Source: an uncultured Acidobacteriota bacterium (lineage in GTDB: Bacteria > Acidobacteriota > Polarisedimenticolia > Polarisedimenticolales > DASRJG01). Taken from it: a stretch of 63,992 nt of DNA. Made by a program: the position numbers and the translations under genes. Positions 1-9,047 of this stretch are shown piece by piece (within the stretch, counting starts at the first letter, position 1; the number at the start of each line of letters is the position of its first letter). The notes below the pieces were generated by a model. The model searched no databases. It was not told the DNA's origin and saw only the letters and a program-made list of their open reading frames with translations. Location of the stretch: NCBI GenBank assembly GCA_964619965.1, contig CAZUGP010000055.1:1-63992 (forward strand), written 5' to 3'.

Positions 1-593
1 ATATCGGTCCGCGCGTCGATCGGCCGCCCCTCGGCCTGCTCGGGCGACATGTACCCGGGAGTGCCCAGGACGGTGCCGAATGCGGTCAGGCGCTCCTCCG
101 TGGGGCTCATCGAGTCCGGCTCGACGGAGAAGACGTGGGCGAGGCCGAAGTCGAGGATCTTGAGGTGGCCTCCCGTCGTGACCATCAGGTTTTGCGGTTT
201 GAGGTCCCGGTGAACAATTCCGGCCGCGTGGGCGGCCGCGAGCGCCGCCGCGGCCTGCCGGACATAGCCGAGCGCTTCGTCTACGGCGAGGGGTCCCGCA
301 TCGAGGATCTCGCGCAGGGTGCGACCGTCGACGTGCTCCATGACGATGAAGTGGACGCCCTGCTCGTGGCCCACATCGTGAACCGTAACGATGCCCGGGT
401 GGTTCAACGCGGAGGCCGACTCCGCCTCGCGCAGGAAACGCTCGCGCCTGACCGGCGAGCCGGCGTCCTGCGGGAGGACCTTCACCGCGACCGTGCGCCG
501 CAGCCGCGTATCCGTCGCCCGGTAGACGACGCCCATGCCCCCTCGGCCGAGCTCGGCCTCGATCAAGTAGTGGCTGAGTCGCTGTCCGATCAT
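1..593 (-). CDS. Ser/Thr protein kinase, N-terminal catalytic domain (3' end runs off the window)
   Basis: The reverse complement from the ATG at 593 reads MIGQRLSHYLIEAELGRGGMGVVYRA..VAVKVL..HRDLKPQNLMV..ILDFGLA..GTPGYMSPEQ. These are the Hanks kinase motifs: the Gly loop, VAVK, HRDLKPxN, DFG and the APE-like motif. It is not in the ORF track because no stop codon lies inside the window. Confidence 0.9.
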   Translation of the reverse strand, partial: MIGQRLSHYLIEAELGRGGMGVVYRATDTRLRRTVAVKVLPQDAGSPVRRERFLREAESASALNHPGIVTVHDVGHEQGVHFIVMEHVDGRTLREILDAGPLAVDEALGYVRQAAAALAAAHAAGIVHRDLKPQNLMVTTGGHLKILDFGLAHVFSVEPDSMSPTEERLTAFGTVLGTPGYMSPEQAEGRPIDARTD

Positions 594-689
594 GGGGCGG
601 CACGCTCCACCGCTGGTCGAATCAGGTCCCGGGGGTAGGAAGAATCGACGCTATCACGCTTTGGAACAGGAAGAGTTGAGCAGGGAGTA

Positions 690-768
<79 letters not shown>

Positions 769-857
769 ACCCGGAGAAACCGCTTGCAGGGCGGCCATGC
801 TATCGGACAGGTGTTCGGGCATCAAGTGCGCGTACGATGCAGCGGGAGGGAGCGGCT

Positions 858-1595
858 GTGAGGCAACTGACCTGCCTGGTGTGCGCGTTCGCAGCGCTTC
901 TGATCGTCTCTTCGGGCTGCGATGGCGGATCGACCGACATGGCGCCGGGAGGGACGCATGTGAGCATCGTTGCGTTTCCGACTTCCGGGGTCACCGGGTC
1001 ATCGGTCGCGTTCACCGTCACGGCGTACAACGCGCAGACCGTTCTCAAGTCTGTTTCGATCGATTTCGAAAACGACGGCACGTGGGACGACGCGCAGACG
1101 TTCGACCAACTCTCGGTCACGGCGAGCTTCATGCACGTCTATGACAGCGCCGGCGGTTACACCATACGCGCCGAGGTGAAAGACGCGAAAAACGCGTTCA
1201 CGTCGACCTCGATGATCTTGATCGTTTCCGCATCGCCGAGCCTCCCCGTTTCGTACCGGGTCGAAGGCGCGAGCGGGATCAGTGGCGGCGATTGTCTCGC
1301 TTTCGGACCGCCCATCACCTGTGCCGGCTGTTCGACCGTCATCTCCGCGGCGGGGGTGACGCGGTCTTTAGGGACGCTCCCACAGGGAGCCCCGGTCGGC
1401 ATCACGCAGGCGTTCGTTCAGAATCGTCTCGTGAACGGCACGCTCGACACTCACTACTCGTGCGAGTTCAGCGTCACTCTGTATGCCGGTGCGCCGGGGA
1501 GCGAAGTCCAGTTCGGTCAGGGTGCTTGCACGGCGACATCGTTCGATCCGGAGAGCCTGACGTGCAGCGTCACCGCGAGCGGGAGCGTTCCGTAG
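858..1595 (+). CDS. Probable secreted protein or lipoprotein with a PKD/Ig-like domain
   Basis: A GTG start lies after the SD-like GGGAGGGAG. The N-terminus [21 protein letters not shown] looks like a signal peptide ending in Cys. The segment [51 protein letters not shown] resembles a PKD repeat. Confidence 0.6.
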   Translation: MRQLTCLVCAFAALLIVSSGCDGGSTDMAPGGTHVSIVAFPTSGVTGSSVAFTVTAYNAQTVLKSVSIDFENDGTWDDAQTFDQLSVTASFMHVYDSAGGYTIRAEVKDAKNAFTSTSMILIVSASPSLPVSYRVEGASGISGGDCLAFGPPITCAGCSTVISAAGVTRSLGTLPQGAPVGITQAFVQNRLVNGTLDTHYSCEFSVTLYAGAPGSEVQFGQGACTATSFDPESLTCSVTASGSVP

Positions 1596-1599
1596 AGTT

Positions 1600-2184
1600 T
1601 TACGTCTCGAGCGCGGCGGCTAGGCGCACGGCGACGCGCCGGGTGCGCTCGCGCAGGGTGTCTAAATGCCCATCGGAGCGCGCCAACTCGCCCTTCACGT
1701 CGGTTAACGTCGCCATAGCCTCTTCGTACATGACGCGATAGCGCGCTTCTTCCTCGGCGGCGGCGCTCGCGAACGCTTCCGGCGCTTCGGGTCGTGACTC
1801 GCCGAAGAGCGACGAGGGAACTGCGGTCTCGGCTGTTTTCACCGATCTTTCGGGCTCTTCGGCGGGGGCCGTGCGACGCGAGCGTGACTTGCCGGGCGCG
1901 GGCTCGACGATCGTCTCCAGGTCATCCTCGATCGCCTTGCGCGCGCCGGCAATCGTGTACTCCTCCTGGTAGAGGAGCTTCTTGATGCGGAAGACGAGGT
2001 CGATGTCCGCACGGCTGTAGACGCGCTGACCGCTGCGGTTTTTTTCCGAGGCCAGCTGGGTGAACTCGCTTTCCCAGAAGCGAAGCACGTACGGCTGGGT
2101 GTCGGTGATCTGGCAGACCTCGGCGGCCTTGTAGAAGAGCTTGTCGGGGATCGAGGTTGTTCTCGTGGTCGTGGTGTGTTCCAT
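1600..2184 (-). CDS. MerR-family transcriptional regulator
   Basis: From the internal ATG at 2184 the protein reads MEHTTTTRTTSIPDKLFYKAAEVCQITDTQPYVLRFWESEF..RSGQRVYSRADIDLVFRIKKLLYQEEYTIAGARKAI. This is a MerR-type HTH followed by a coiled-coil-like tail. The longer ORF extension would overlap the cupin gene and is Arg/Gly-rich, so it is likely not coding. Confidence 0.75.
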   Translation of the reverse strand: MEHTTTTRTTSIPDKLFYKAAEVCQITDTQPYVLRFWESEFTQLASEKNRSGQRVYSRADIDLVFRIKKLLYQEEYTIAGARKAIEDDLETIVEPAPGKSRSRRTAPAEEPERSVKTAETAVPSSLFGESRPEAPEAFASAAAEEEARYRVMYEEAMATLTDVKGELARSDGHLDTLRERTRRVAVRLAAALET

Positions 2185-2225
2185 GGCGTGGCTCCGCGGG
2201 AAGTATACGGCGCTTGCGCGTCCGC

Positions 2226-2588
2226 TCACAAGACGTCTTTGACCCCCTCGCGCCCGTAGTCGTCCTCGATCCGCACGACGTCCTCGAGCTCGGGTGTTGA
2301 GACCTCGAACAGCAGGGTGTCGGTCACCGCGCGGAAGCGATGGACGGTCCCGGGGGTGATGTGCCGCGAGTCCCCCGGCTGCATGGTGAGAACCGTCTGG
2401 CTGACGCCGCGCCCCAAGACAAGCTCCAGGGTCCCGCTCTGCACGAAGAACGCCTCGTCCTTCTTCTCGTGATACTGGAGACTCAATTGCGAGCCCGCCT
2501 TGATGAACAGGACCTTTCCCGCGTATCGGTCGGTGCGGACGAAGCGCAGCTCGTACCCCCACGGCTTGTCGACGCGAACGAGGCTCAT
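2226..2588 (-). CDS. Cupin-domain protein (type II phosphomannose-isomerase-like cupin)
   Basis: MSLVRVDKPWGYELRF..GKVLFIKAGSQLSLQYHEKKDEAFFVQSGTLELVL..PGTVHRF matches the cupin motifs. Its ATG overlaps the ptsI TGA (ATGA at 2585-2588). Confidence 0.75.
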   Translation of the reverse strand: MSLVRVDKPWGYELRFVRTDRYAGKVLFIKAGSQLSLQYHEKKDEAFFVQSGTLELVLGRGVSQTVLTMQPGDSRHITPGTVHRFRAVTDTLLFEVSTPELEDVVRIEDDYGREGVKDVL

Positions 2589-4264
2589 GCCGGTTTCTCC
2601 TCGATATCCCGCACCGCGCGGGCGATCTCGGTGGCCCTGATCGCCTCTCTCACCCGAGGCACCGCCCGCGGCGGGCACGACAACTCACGAAGGCCTAGGC
2701 CCAGAAGCGTCGGTACGAGCTCGGGATCGGCGGCCATCTCGCCGCATAGCGCCACCGGGACGCCGGACGCCTTGCCCGCGCGCACCACGAACCGCAGCAT
2801 CCGCAGCACGGCCGGGTGCCCCGGCTCGTACAGCGCCGCTACTTTCGGATTCCCGCGGTCCACGGCGAGGGCGTATTGGATGAGGTCGTTGGTTCCGATG
2901 CTCAGGAAATCGACCTCGCGCGCCAGCAGATCGGCGGTCATCGCCGCGGCCGGTGTCTCGATCATCGCCCCCAACGGGACGTCGGGACGGCAGAGCGCGC
3001 CCGCGCCGCGGAGCACTGCCGCTTCGCGGGCGAGGATGCGGCGAACCTCCCGGACTTCTTCGACGGAGGTCACGAGGGGCAGCAGGATGCGGATATTCGC
3101 GTGCGCCGAAGCCCGAAGCAGCGCGCGCAGCTGCGGCACGAAGATCTCCGGCCGCATGAGGCAGAGGCGCAAGCCCCTCAGGCCTAAGACCGGGTTCAGC
3201 TCGGCACGATCGAGCACCTCGTGGAAATACTTTTCGCCGCCCAGGTCGAGCGTGCGGATGACCACCGGATGCGGCGCCATGCGTTGGGCCAAATCGCGGT
3301 ACGTCCGGAAGTGATCCTCTTCGTCGGGAAGTCGCGGCGCCCGTGCCACGAAGAGGAACTCCGAGCGGTACAGTCCGATCCCGCGGGCGCCGAAACGCAC
3401 CGCGACGGCCGCCTCGTCGGGAAACTCGATGTTGGCCCGTAAGACGACCTCCACCCCGTCCTTGGTGACCGCCGGAAGGTCCCGCGCGGCGGCCCAAGCG
3501 TCCTCGCGCGACACCCAGGCATCGTGTTGCGCCCGCGCCTCGACGAGCCGTGCAAGATCCGGGTCGACGACGATCTCTCCTCGATCGCCGTCGACGACGA
3601 CGATTTCACCCATGCGGACGGTTCGAGCGACGTCTCCCAAGCCGATAACGGCGGGAAGCCCGAACGCTTGCGCCAGAATCGCGGTGTGGCTCGTCGGCCC
3701 GCCCAGATCCGCAGCCAGCGCCACGACACCGTCACGAGCCAGCGCCACCGTGTCCGACGGGCCGACCGCCTGAGCGACGACGACGATCGGGCCGCTGGGC
3801 GGTGGCTCGTCCGCTCCCGCGGCGGGCGTAAGCAGACGCACCAATCGCCGCTGGAGATCTCGCAGATCGCCCGCCCGATCGCTCAGGTAGCGGTCCTCGA
3901 TGCTGGCAAACCGCGCCACGTAGCCGTCGATCGTCGCGTGGACCGCGAAAGAGGCCGAGACCCCATCCACCCGAACGCGGTTTTCGATCTCAGCTACTAA
4001 CGCCGGATCGTCCACGAGCAGCGTCTGCGCCTCCAGGATCGCGGCGTAGCTCTCGCCCAGGGTGCTCATGAGCCGGGATTTCAGCCCGCGCAGCTCGTCC
4101 CTAGCGCTCCGTCGGGCCGCATCGAAGCGCTCGATCTCGTCGGCGGGACTCGCGCTGGGAAGAGGGTCGCTCTGGGGAGAAGGCGAAGCCGTCGGTTGCC
4201 ACGGGAGGGCCCGTCCGACCGCGACGCCGGGAGAAACGCCCACGCCGCGAAGAACGCGGGCCAC
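2585..4264 (-). CDS. ptsI: Phosphoenolpyruvate-protein phosphotransferase (PTS enzyme I)
   Basis: VLRGVGVSPGVAVGRA.., ..GGPTSHTAILAQAFGLPAV.. (phospho-His region), ..IGTNDLIQYALAVDR.. and ..LCGEMA.. are EI signatures. I chose the GTG at 4264, which overlaps the ptsH TAG. The 5' part of the 670-aa ORF overlaps ptsH. Confidence 0.9.
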   Translation of the reverse strand: MARVLRGVGVSPGVAVGRALPWQPTASPSPQSDPLPSASPADEIERFDAARRSARDELRGLKSRLMSTLGESYAAILEAQTLLVDDPALVAEIENRVRVDGVSASFAVHATIDGYVARFASIEDRYLSDRAGDLRDLQRRLVRLLTPAAGADEPPPSGPIVVVAQAVGPSDTVALARDGVVALAADLGGPTSHTAILAQAFGLPAVIGLGDVARTVRMGEIVVVDGDRGEIVVDPDLARLVEARAQHDAWVSREDAWAAARDLPAVTKDGVEVVLRANIEFPDEAAVAVRFGARGIGLYRSEFLFVARAPRLPDEEDHFRTYRDLAQRMAPHPVVIRTLDLGGEKYFHEVLDRAELNPVLGLRGLRLCLMRPEIFVPQLRALLRASAHANIRILLPLVTSVEEVREVRRILAREAAVLRGAGALCRPDVPLGAMIETPAAAMTADLLAREVDFLSIGTNDLIQYALAVDRGNPKVAALYEPGHPAVLRMLRFVVRAGKASGVPVALCGEMAADPELVPTLLGLGLRELSCPPRAVPRVREAIRATEIARAVRDIEEKPA

Positions 4265-4533
4265 TAGGAGTCCTCGCCGAAGCGCGAGCGGACCAGTTCT
4301 CCGAGCTGCTGCCCCGCCTCGGCTTCGTCGTCTCCTTGGATCGTCAGGTGGAGCTTCGTCCCCTTCGAGGCCGCCAACGTCAACAGGCCGAGAATCGACT
4401 TCCCGTCGACCCGCGTGCCTTCGCGGGCAACGGTCACGCGCGAGGCGAACGCGCTCGCCAAATGCACGAACTTCGCGGCCGCCCGCGCATGCAGGCCCAG
4501 GCGGTTGACGATTGTGACCTCGATCGTGTTCAT
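4264..4533 (-). CDS. ptsH: Phosphocarrier protein HPr
   Basis: The 89-aa protein reads MNTIEVTIVNRLGLHARAAAKF...VDGKSILGLLTL. By my count His15 and Ser46 (preceded by Lys45) are both present. Confidence 0.92.
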   Translation of the reverse strand: MNTIEVTIVNRLGLHARAAAKFVHLASAFASRVTVAREGTRVDGKSILGLLTLAASKGTKLHLTIQGDDEAEAGQQLGELVRSRFGEDS

Positions 4534-4979
4534 CTCCCCGGCTTGCCCTCGGGTCCGGCGCGCTTCTCCAGGACCTCCGACGCGACCTGGATCGCATCCC
4601 GTCCCTGCTGGGCGATTCGTCTCACCGTCTCGTCGAATCCATCGACGGTCGACATGTTCGCGAACTTGATGAGCATGGGGAGGTTGACGCCCGTCACGAT
4701 GTCGACGCGCCCCGGCTCGAGGAGCGACAGGGCCACATTGGACGGCGTTCCACCGAACATGTCGGTCAGGATCAAGACCCGCCCATCGACGGCGACCTTG
4801 GCGATTCCTTCCTCGACGCGGCGCCTTGCGTCCACGACGTCGTCGTCCCAGCCGAGGGAGATCGACGAGAGCGTCGGCACCTCCCCGACGATGCGGCGCG
4901 CGGCCTTCTCGAGCTCGCCGGCGAGCTTTCCGTGTGTGACGACCAAGAGCCCGGGGGCGTTTTCCTTCATCCGCGTCAC
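4530..4979 (-). CDS. PTS EIIA component, mannose/fructose/sorbose family
   Basis: GLLVVTHGKLAGEL...VLILTDMFGGTPSN...TGVNLPML is an EIIA(Man) fold signature. A GTGA overlap with the rapZ stop marks one start; an alternative ATG lies at 4970. There is an ATGA overlap with the ptsH start. Confidence 0.8.
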   Translation of the reverse strand: MTRMKENAPGLLVVTHGKLAGELEKAARRIVGEVPTLSSISLGWDDDVVDARRRVEEGIAKVAVDGRVLILTDMFGGTPSNVALSLLEPGRVDIVTGVNLPMLIKFANMSTVDGFDETVRRIAQQGRDAIQVASEVLEKRAGPEGKPGR

Positions 4980-5842
4980 TCCTTTCCGAGATCGCGGTGC
5001 GTGACCGACACCGGCACGCCGTTTTTCTCAAAGTGCTCGCGGATCTGCTCCGCCAGAGCCACCGAGCGATGCTTGCCTCCCGTGCAGCCGATGGTGATCG
5101 TCAGGTAGCTCTTCCCTTCGGACGCGTAGTGTGGGATCAGGAAGTCGAGAAGCTCTTTGAGGCGGGCGAGAAACTCCCTTGCTTCCGGCCGCGCGTCCAG
5201 GAACTCCCGGACCGCGGCACTCCTCCCGTCCAAGGGGCGCAAGCCCTCGACGAAGAACGGGTTCGGAATGAAGCGGACGTCGAACAGGAGATCGGCCTCG
5301 GCGGGTACCCCGTACTTGAAGCCGAACGACACGACGTGGACGTTCAACGCGGTCTCTTGCTGGTGTTGTCCGAACGAGGCCTTCAGGAACGACCGGAGCT
5401 CGTGCGCGTTGAACTGGCTCGTATCGATGATCCTGTCCGCGATGTCGCGAAGAGGGGCGAGAATCGCGCGCTCGTCCTGGATCGCCTTTTCGAGCGACGC
5501 GCCGGGGTCTTGCATCGGGTGCGGCCGGCGGCTCTCGCTGAAGCGCCGCTTGAGGATCTCCCCCGTGCATTCGAAAAACAGCAAGGTGACCGGTGCGCCG
5601 TTCGCCTTGAGCGCATGGAGCGTCTCGGGAAACCCCGCCAGGAACTCCCGCTCGCGGGCGTCCACGACGATCGCCCCTCGCGGAATCGCTCCGCCGCTTC
5701 TTAGGAGCAGATCGTAGAACTGCGGAATCAGGTTTACGGGCAAATTGTCGACGCAGAAGAAGTTCATGTCCTCGAGACAGCGGGCCGCGAGCGACTTGCC
5801 GGATCCCGACAACCCCGTGATGACGACCAGGCGATCCATCAT
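4976..5842 (-). CDS. rapZ: RNase adapter / nucleotide-binding protein RapZ (YvcJ family)
   Basis: MMDRLVVITGLSGSGKSLAARCLEDMNFFCVDNLPVNLIPQF ... GCTGGKHRSVALAEQI covers the full-length RapZ signatures. Confidence 0.9.
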   Translation of the reverse strand: MMDRLVVITGLSGSGKSLAARCLEDMNFFCVDNLPVNLIPQFYDLLLRSGGAIPRGAIVVDAREREFLAGFPETLHALKANGAPVTLLFFECTGEILKRRFSESRRPHPMQDPGASLEKAIQDERAILAPLRDIADRIIDTSQFNAHELRSFLKASFGQHQQETALNVHVVSFGFKYGVPAEADLLFDVRFIPNPFFVEGLRPLDGRSAAVREFLDARPEAREFLARLKELLDFLIPHYASEGKSYLTITIGCTGGKHRSVALAEQIREHFEKNGVPVSVTHRDLGKE

Positions 5843-6855
5843 CGCGCTTCTCCGTCTCCCGGCTCGCGGTCCCCGGCGGGTCTCCCGGTCGCGTCGTCGG
5901 TTGAGCTCTGGATGCGCTCGCCGAGCTTGCGGGCCAGCTCGCGCGCGGGGTGATAGCCCTTCAGTTTAAGGAGGTGATTGCGCGCCGCGACCTCGATGAG
6001 AACCGAGAGATTGCGCCCCGGCCCCACCGGCATCTCGACGTACGGCAGGGTGACTCCCAAGATCTCGTACCCGTTGTCGTCCAAGCCCAGCCGGTCATAT
6101 TTCTTCCCCGGCTTCCACGGATCGAGTTTGATGACGTACTCGACGAACTTCGTCATCCGCACCGAGGCGACGCCGAACAGGTCCTTGACGTTGATGATGC
6201 CGACCCCGCGCAGCTCCATGTGATAGCGCGTCAGCTCCGGGCCCGTTCCCACGAGGCGATCGCCCAGCTGCTTGATCTCCACGACGTCGTCGGACACCAG
6301 CCGATGGCCGCGCACGACGAGGTCGATCGCGCACTCGCTCTTCCCCACGCCGCTGTCTCCGATCAAGAGCACGCCGAGCCCGTAGACATCGACGAGGGCG
6401 CCGTGAACCACCGCGCGAGGCGCCAGCTTGTCCTCCAGATAGCGGGTCAGGCGCTCGATCGTCGTCGACGACGACAGCTCCGTGCGGAAGAGCGGCACGC
6501 CCTGTCGCTCGGTCTCGTCTAAAAGCTCCGTCGGTGGATCGAGCCCGGTGGTCAGGACGAAGCAGCTGACACCCTGCCGGCACAGCTGCGAGACGATGCG
6601 TAAACGCTCGGCCGGCGCGCGCTCGTTGAGGAAGCTCGTCTCGGACTTGCCTAACACCTGGATGCGCCCGGGGTGGATGTACTCGAGGAACCCGGCCAAG
6701 GCGAGTCCGGGTTTCTGGATGCGAGGGCGGTCGACGATGTTTCCGATGCCGTCTTCCCCCGAAAGAAGCACGAGGTTGAGCGAGCCGGCGGCCTCGTCGG
6801 TGAGGAGCTCGCCGACGGTCATCGAGGGGATGGTGCTCTTTTCGTGATCGCCCAT
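5839..6855 (-). CDS. hprK: HPr kinase/phosphorylase
   Basis: HGALVDVYGLGVLLIGDSGVGKSECAIDLVVRGHRLVSDDVV...ELRGVGIINV contains the P-loop and the HprK signature. I chose the ATG at 6855 (MGDHEKS) because it lies downstream of a candidate extended -10 element. The longest ORF starts with TTG at 6912. Confidence 0.88.
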   Translation of the reverse strand: MGDHEKSTIPSMTVGELLTDEAAGSLNLVLLSGEDGIGNIVDRPRIQKPGLALAGFLEYIHPGRIQVLGKSETSFLNERAPAERLRIVSQLCRQGVSCFVLTTGLDPPTELLDETERQGVPLFRTELSSSTTIERLTRYLEDKLAPRAVVHGALVDVYGLGVLLIGDSGVGKSECAIDLVVRGHRLVSDDVVEIKQLGDRLVGTGPELTRYHMELRGVGIINVKDLFGVASVRMTKFVEYVIKLDPWKPGKKYDRLGLDDNGYEILGVTLPYVEMPVGPGRNLSVLIEVAARNHLLKLKGYHPARELARKLGERIQSSTDDATGRPAGDREPGDGEAR

Positions 6856-6896
6856 GACGGAAGCTCCGGGAGGCGGCTGGCGGCGCGTCCTTCTGG

Positions 6897-6905
6897 ATTC
6901 TAGCA
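6897..6905 (-). promoter_or_regulatory. Candidate extended -10 promoter element (TGCTAGAAT) for the hprK operon
   Basis: On the minus strand this reads TGCTAGAAT, about 40 nt upstream of the hprK ATG at 6855. I found no good -35 element. Confidence 0.3.
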
Positions 6906-6934
6906 GGCGCAACCCGCGGGCACGTGGGCTCGCC

Positions 6935-6964
6935 TTGACGCCTCTCTTACGCCTCTGGCATAGT
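6935..6964 (+). promoter_or_regulatory. Candidate sigma-70-type promoter for the type II GAPDH-like gene
   Basis: TTGACG, an 18-nt spacer, then TGgCATAGT. It ends about 28 nt upstream of the ATG at 6993, which is preceded by GGAGAA. Confidence 0.3.
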
Positions 6965-6992
6965 CCTCGCCCGCGATCCCCTGGAGAAACGC

Positions 6993-8066
6993 ATGGCCGA
7001 CAAAGCGATCGTCCACGTCATCGGCACGGGCACCATCGGCGAGCCGCTCATCGGACTCCTCACCCAAATGAAGGAGCCCTTGGGGATCGACGAAGTGACG
7101 TTTCACAAGAGGACGCCGCTCCTCCACGATCGGTCGAAGGTGGTGAATCTCACCAAGCGCGGGGCGAAGCTCTGCGTCGATGCGGGTGCCGCGCCGGGAT
7201 TCCGGGACCTCGGCATGGAGCCGACCTACGAGTCGATTCAGGCGTTGGAGCGAGCGGCCGTCGTTATCGACTGCACGCCCTCCGGCGTCGGGATCGCGAA
7301 CAAGAACGAGTTCTACAGCAAGTTCACCCACAACACTCGCGGATTCATCGCCCAGGGAAGCGAATTCGGCTTCGGGAAGCCGTACGCCCGGGGCATCAAC
7401 GACGGCGCGCTCCGGCACGGGGAAGACCAGTTCATCCAGGTCGTCTCGTGCAACACGCACAACCTGTCGATCCTCATCCACACTTTGGCGATGGAAGACG
7501 GCGGGCCCGATAATCTCGTCGATGGACGATTCGTCTGCATGCGCCGCGCCTCCGACCTCTCGCAGGACGACAGCTTCGTCGCCTCACCGGAGGTCGGGAA
7601 GCACAAGGACCCGCGATTCGGCACGCACCACGCACGCGATGCGTGGGCGCTGTTCAACACGATGGGCCACGACATGAATCTGTTCTCGTCCGCCGTCGTG
7701 CTGAACACCCAGTACATGCACCTGATCTTCTTCGATATCAGAGTAAAGAAGCCGACCACCCCATCGCGCCTGCTCGAAGCGGTCAAGCGGAACGACCGGA
7801 TGGCGATCACGTACAAGACTTCCGCGAACACCGTCTTCTCGTTCGGGCGCGACTACGGCCACTTCGGACGCATCCTGAACGTGACGGTGGTCGCCTGGCC
7901 GACCGTGGCGGTGCGAGACGGCACCGAGATCGTGGGGTACTGCTTCACGCCGCAGGACGGGAACTCGTTGCTCTCGTCCGTTTCCGCGGCAACCTGGTTC
8001 CTGAATCCGAAGGACTACGAGAACCGGATCCAGTGCTTGAAGCCGTACTTCTTCGATGAGGTCTGA
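6993..8066 (+). CDS. Type II (archaeal-type) glyceraldehyde-3-phosphate dehydrogenase family protein
   Basis: It aligns by eye along its whole length with archaeal GAPDH. Matches are: IVHVIGTGTIGEPL to the NAD-binding GYGTVGKR region; VVIDCTPSGVGIANK to IVIDCTPEGIGAKN; QVVSCNTHNL to the VVSCNTTGL catalytic Cys; CMRRASD to VRRGAD; THHARD to SHHGPD. Confidence 0.7.
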   Translation: MADKAIVHVIGTGTIGEPLIGLLTQMKEPLGIDEVTFHKRTPLLHDRSKVVNLTKRGAKLCVDAGAAPGFRDLGMEPTYESIQALERAAVVIDCTPSGVGIANKNEFYSKFTHNTRGFIAQGSEFGFGKPYARGINDGALRHGEDQFIQVVSCNTHNLSILIHTLAMEDGGPDNLVDGRFVCMRRASDLSQDDSFVASPEVGKHKDPRFGTHHARDAWALFNTMGHDMNLFSSAVVLNTQYMHLIFFDIRVKKPTTPSRLLEAVKRNDRMAITYKTSANTVFSFGRDYGHFGRILNVTVVAWPTVAVRDGTEIVGYCFTPQDGNSLLSSVSAATWFLNPKDYENRIQCLKPYFFDEV

Positions 8067-8069
8067 CTG

Positions 8070-9047
8070 TCAACTGCGAAGCTTCAAGATCGCTTCGGTC
8101 AGCTTGGGAAGCACTTCGAAGACGTCGCCGACGATGCCGTAGGTCGCCACCTTGAAGATTGGCGCTTCGGGGTCTTTGTTGATCGCGACGATCACCTTCG
8201 ACGAGGACATCCCCGCCAAATGTTGGATCGCGCCGGAAATGCCGCAGGCGACGTACAGGCTCGGCGAAACGACCTTTCCGGTCTGCCCCACTTGATGCGC
8301 ATGGGAGATCCAGCCCGCGTCGACCACCGCTCTCGAGGCGCCGACGGCGCCGCCCAAGGCTACGGCGAGATCGCGCACGATCGCGAAATGCTCCGGAGCC
8401 TTGAGGCCGCGTCCACCGCTCACGACGATCGAAGCCTCCGCGACGTCTAGCTCCTGGGCCGTCGGCTTCTCGATCCGCGTAACCGCCGCCCGTCGCGGGA
8501 CATCCGACGCGGCGCGCGGGACGACGTCGGCCGCTTTGCCGCCCGAAGTGACGGCCGGAAACACGTTGGGGCGCAGCGTGGCCATGGCAGGGCGGGCGTC
8601 GGCGACGGCGGCCCAGGCGTAGGCCTTCCCGGAATAGACCGGGCGCTTGCCGCGCAGCGCTCCACCGGCGGCTCGTTCGATCTCGACGACATCGGACAAC
8701 AGGCCGGTTCCGAGACGGGCAGAGGCGCGCGCGGCGACGTCGCGTCCGAAGCTCGTGCCGGCGGCTAGAATCGTGTCCGCGGGGGATTCCCTGCTTGCGT
8801 CGGCGAGCGTCGCCGAAAAGACCTCGGGGACGTAGAGATCGAGCGTCGCATCGGTGACGGCTATGAGGCGATCGGCCCCATGCGCCCCCGCCGGCTCCGC
8901 GCACGAAGCCGCACCCGAGCCGAATGCAATCGCGACGACGGCATCCCCCGTCGCATCGGCTAAACGTCTGGCGGTCGAAACCGCCTGGAGACTCGCCGCC
9001 TTCAGCTCGCCGCCGCGCCGCTCGAGAAGGACGAGAATCGCGCTCAT
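8070..9047 (-). CDS. etfA: Electron transfer flavoprotein subunit alpha
   Basis: [21 protein letters not shown]... and the C-terminal [37 protein letters not shown] are ETF-alpha FAD-binding signatures. Its ATG overlaps the etfB TGA by 1 nt. Confidence 0.9.
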   Translation of the reverse strand: MSAILVLLERRGGELKAASLQAVSTARRLADATGDAVVAIAFGSGAASCAEPAGAHGADRLIAVTDATLDLYVPEVFSATLADASRESPADTILAAGTSFGRDVAARASARLGTGLLSDVVEIERAAGGALRGKRPVYSGKAYAWAAVADARPAMATLRPNVFPAVTSGGKAADVVPRAASDVPRRAAVTRIEKPTAQELDVAEASIVVSGGRGLKAPEHFAIVRDLAVALGGAVGASRAVVDAGWISHAHQVGQTGKVVSPSLYVACGISGAIQHLAGMSSSKVIVAINKDPEAPIFKVATYGIVGDVFEVLPKLTEAILKLRS

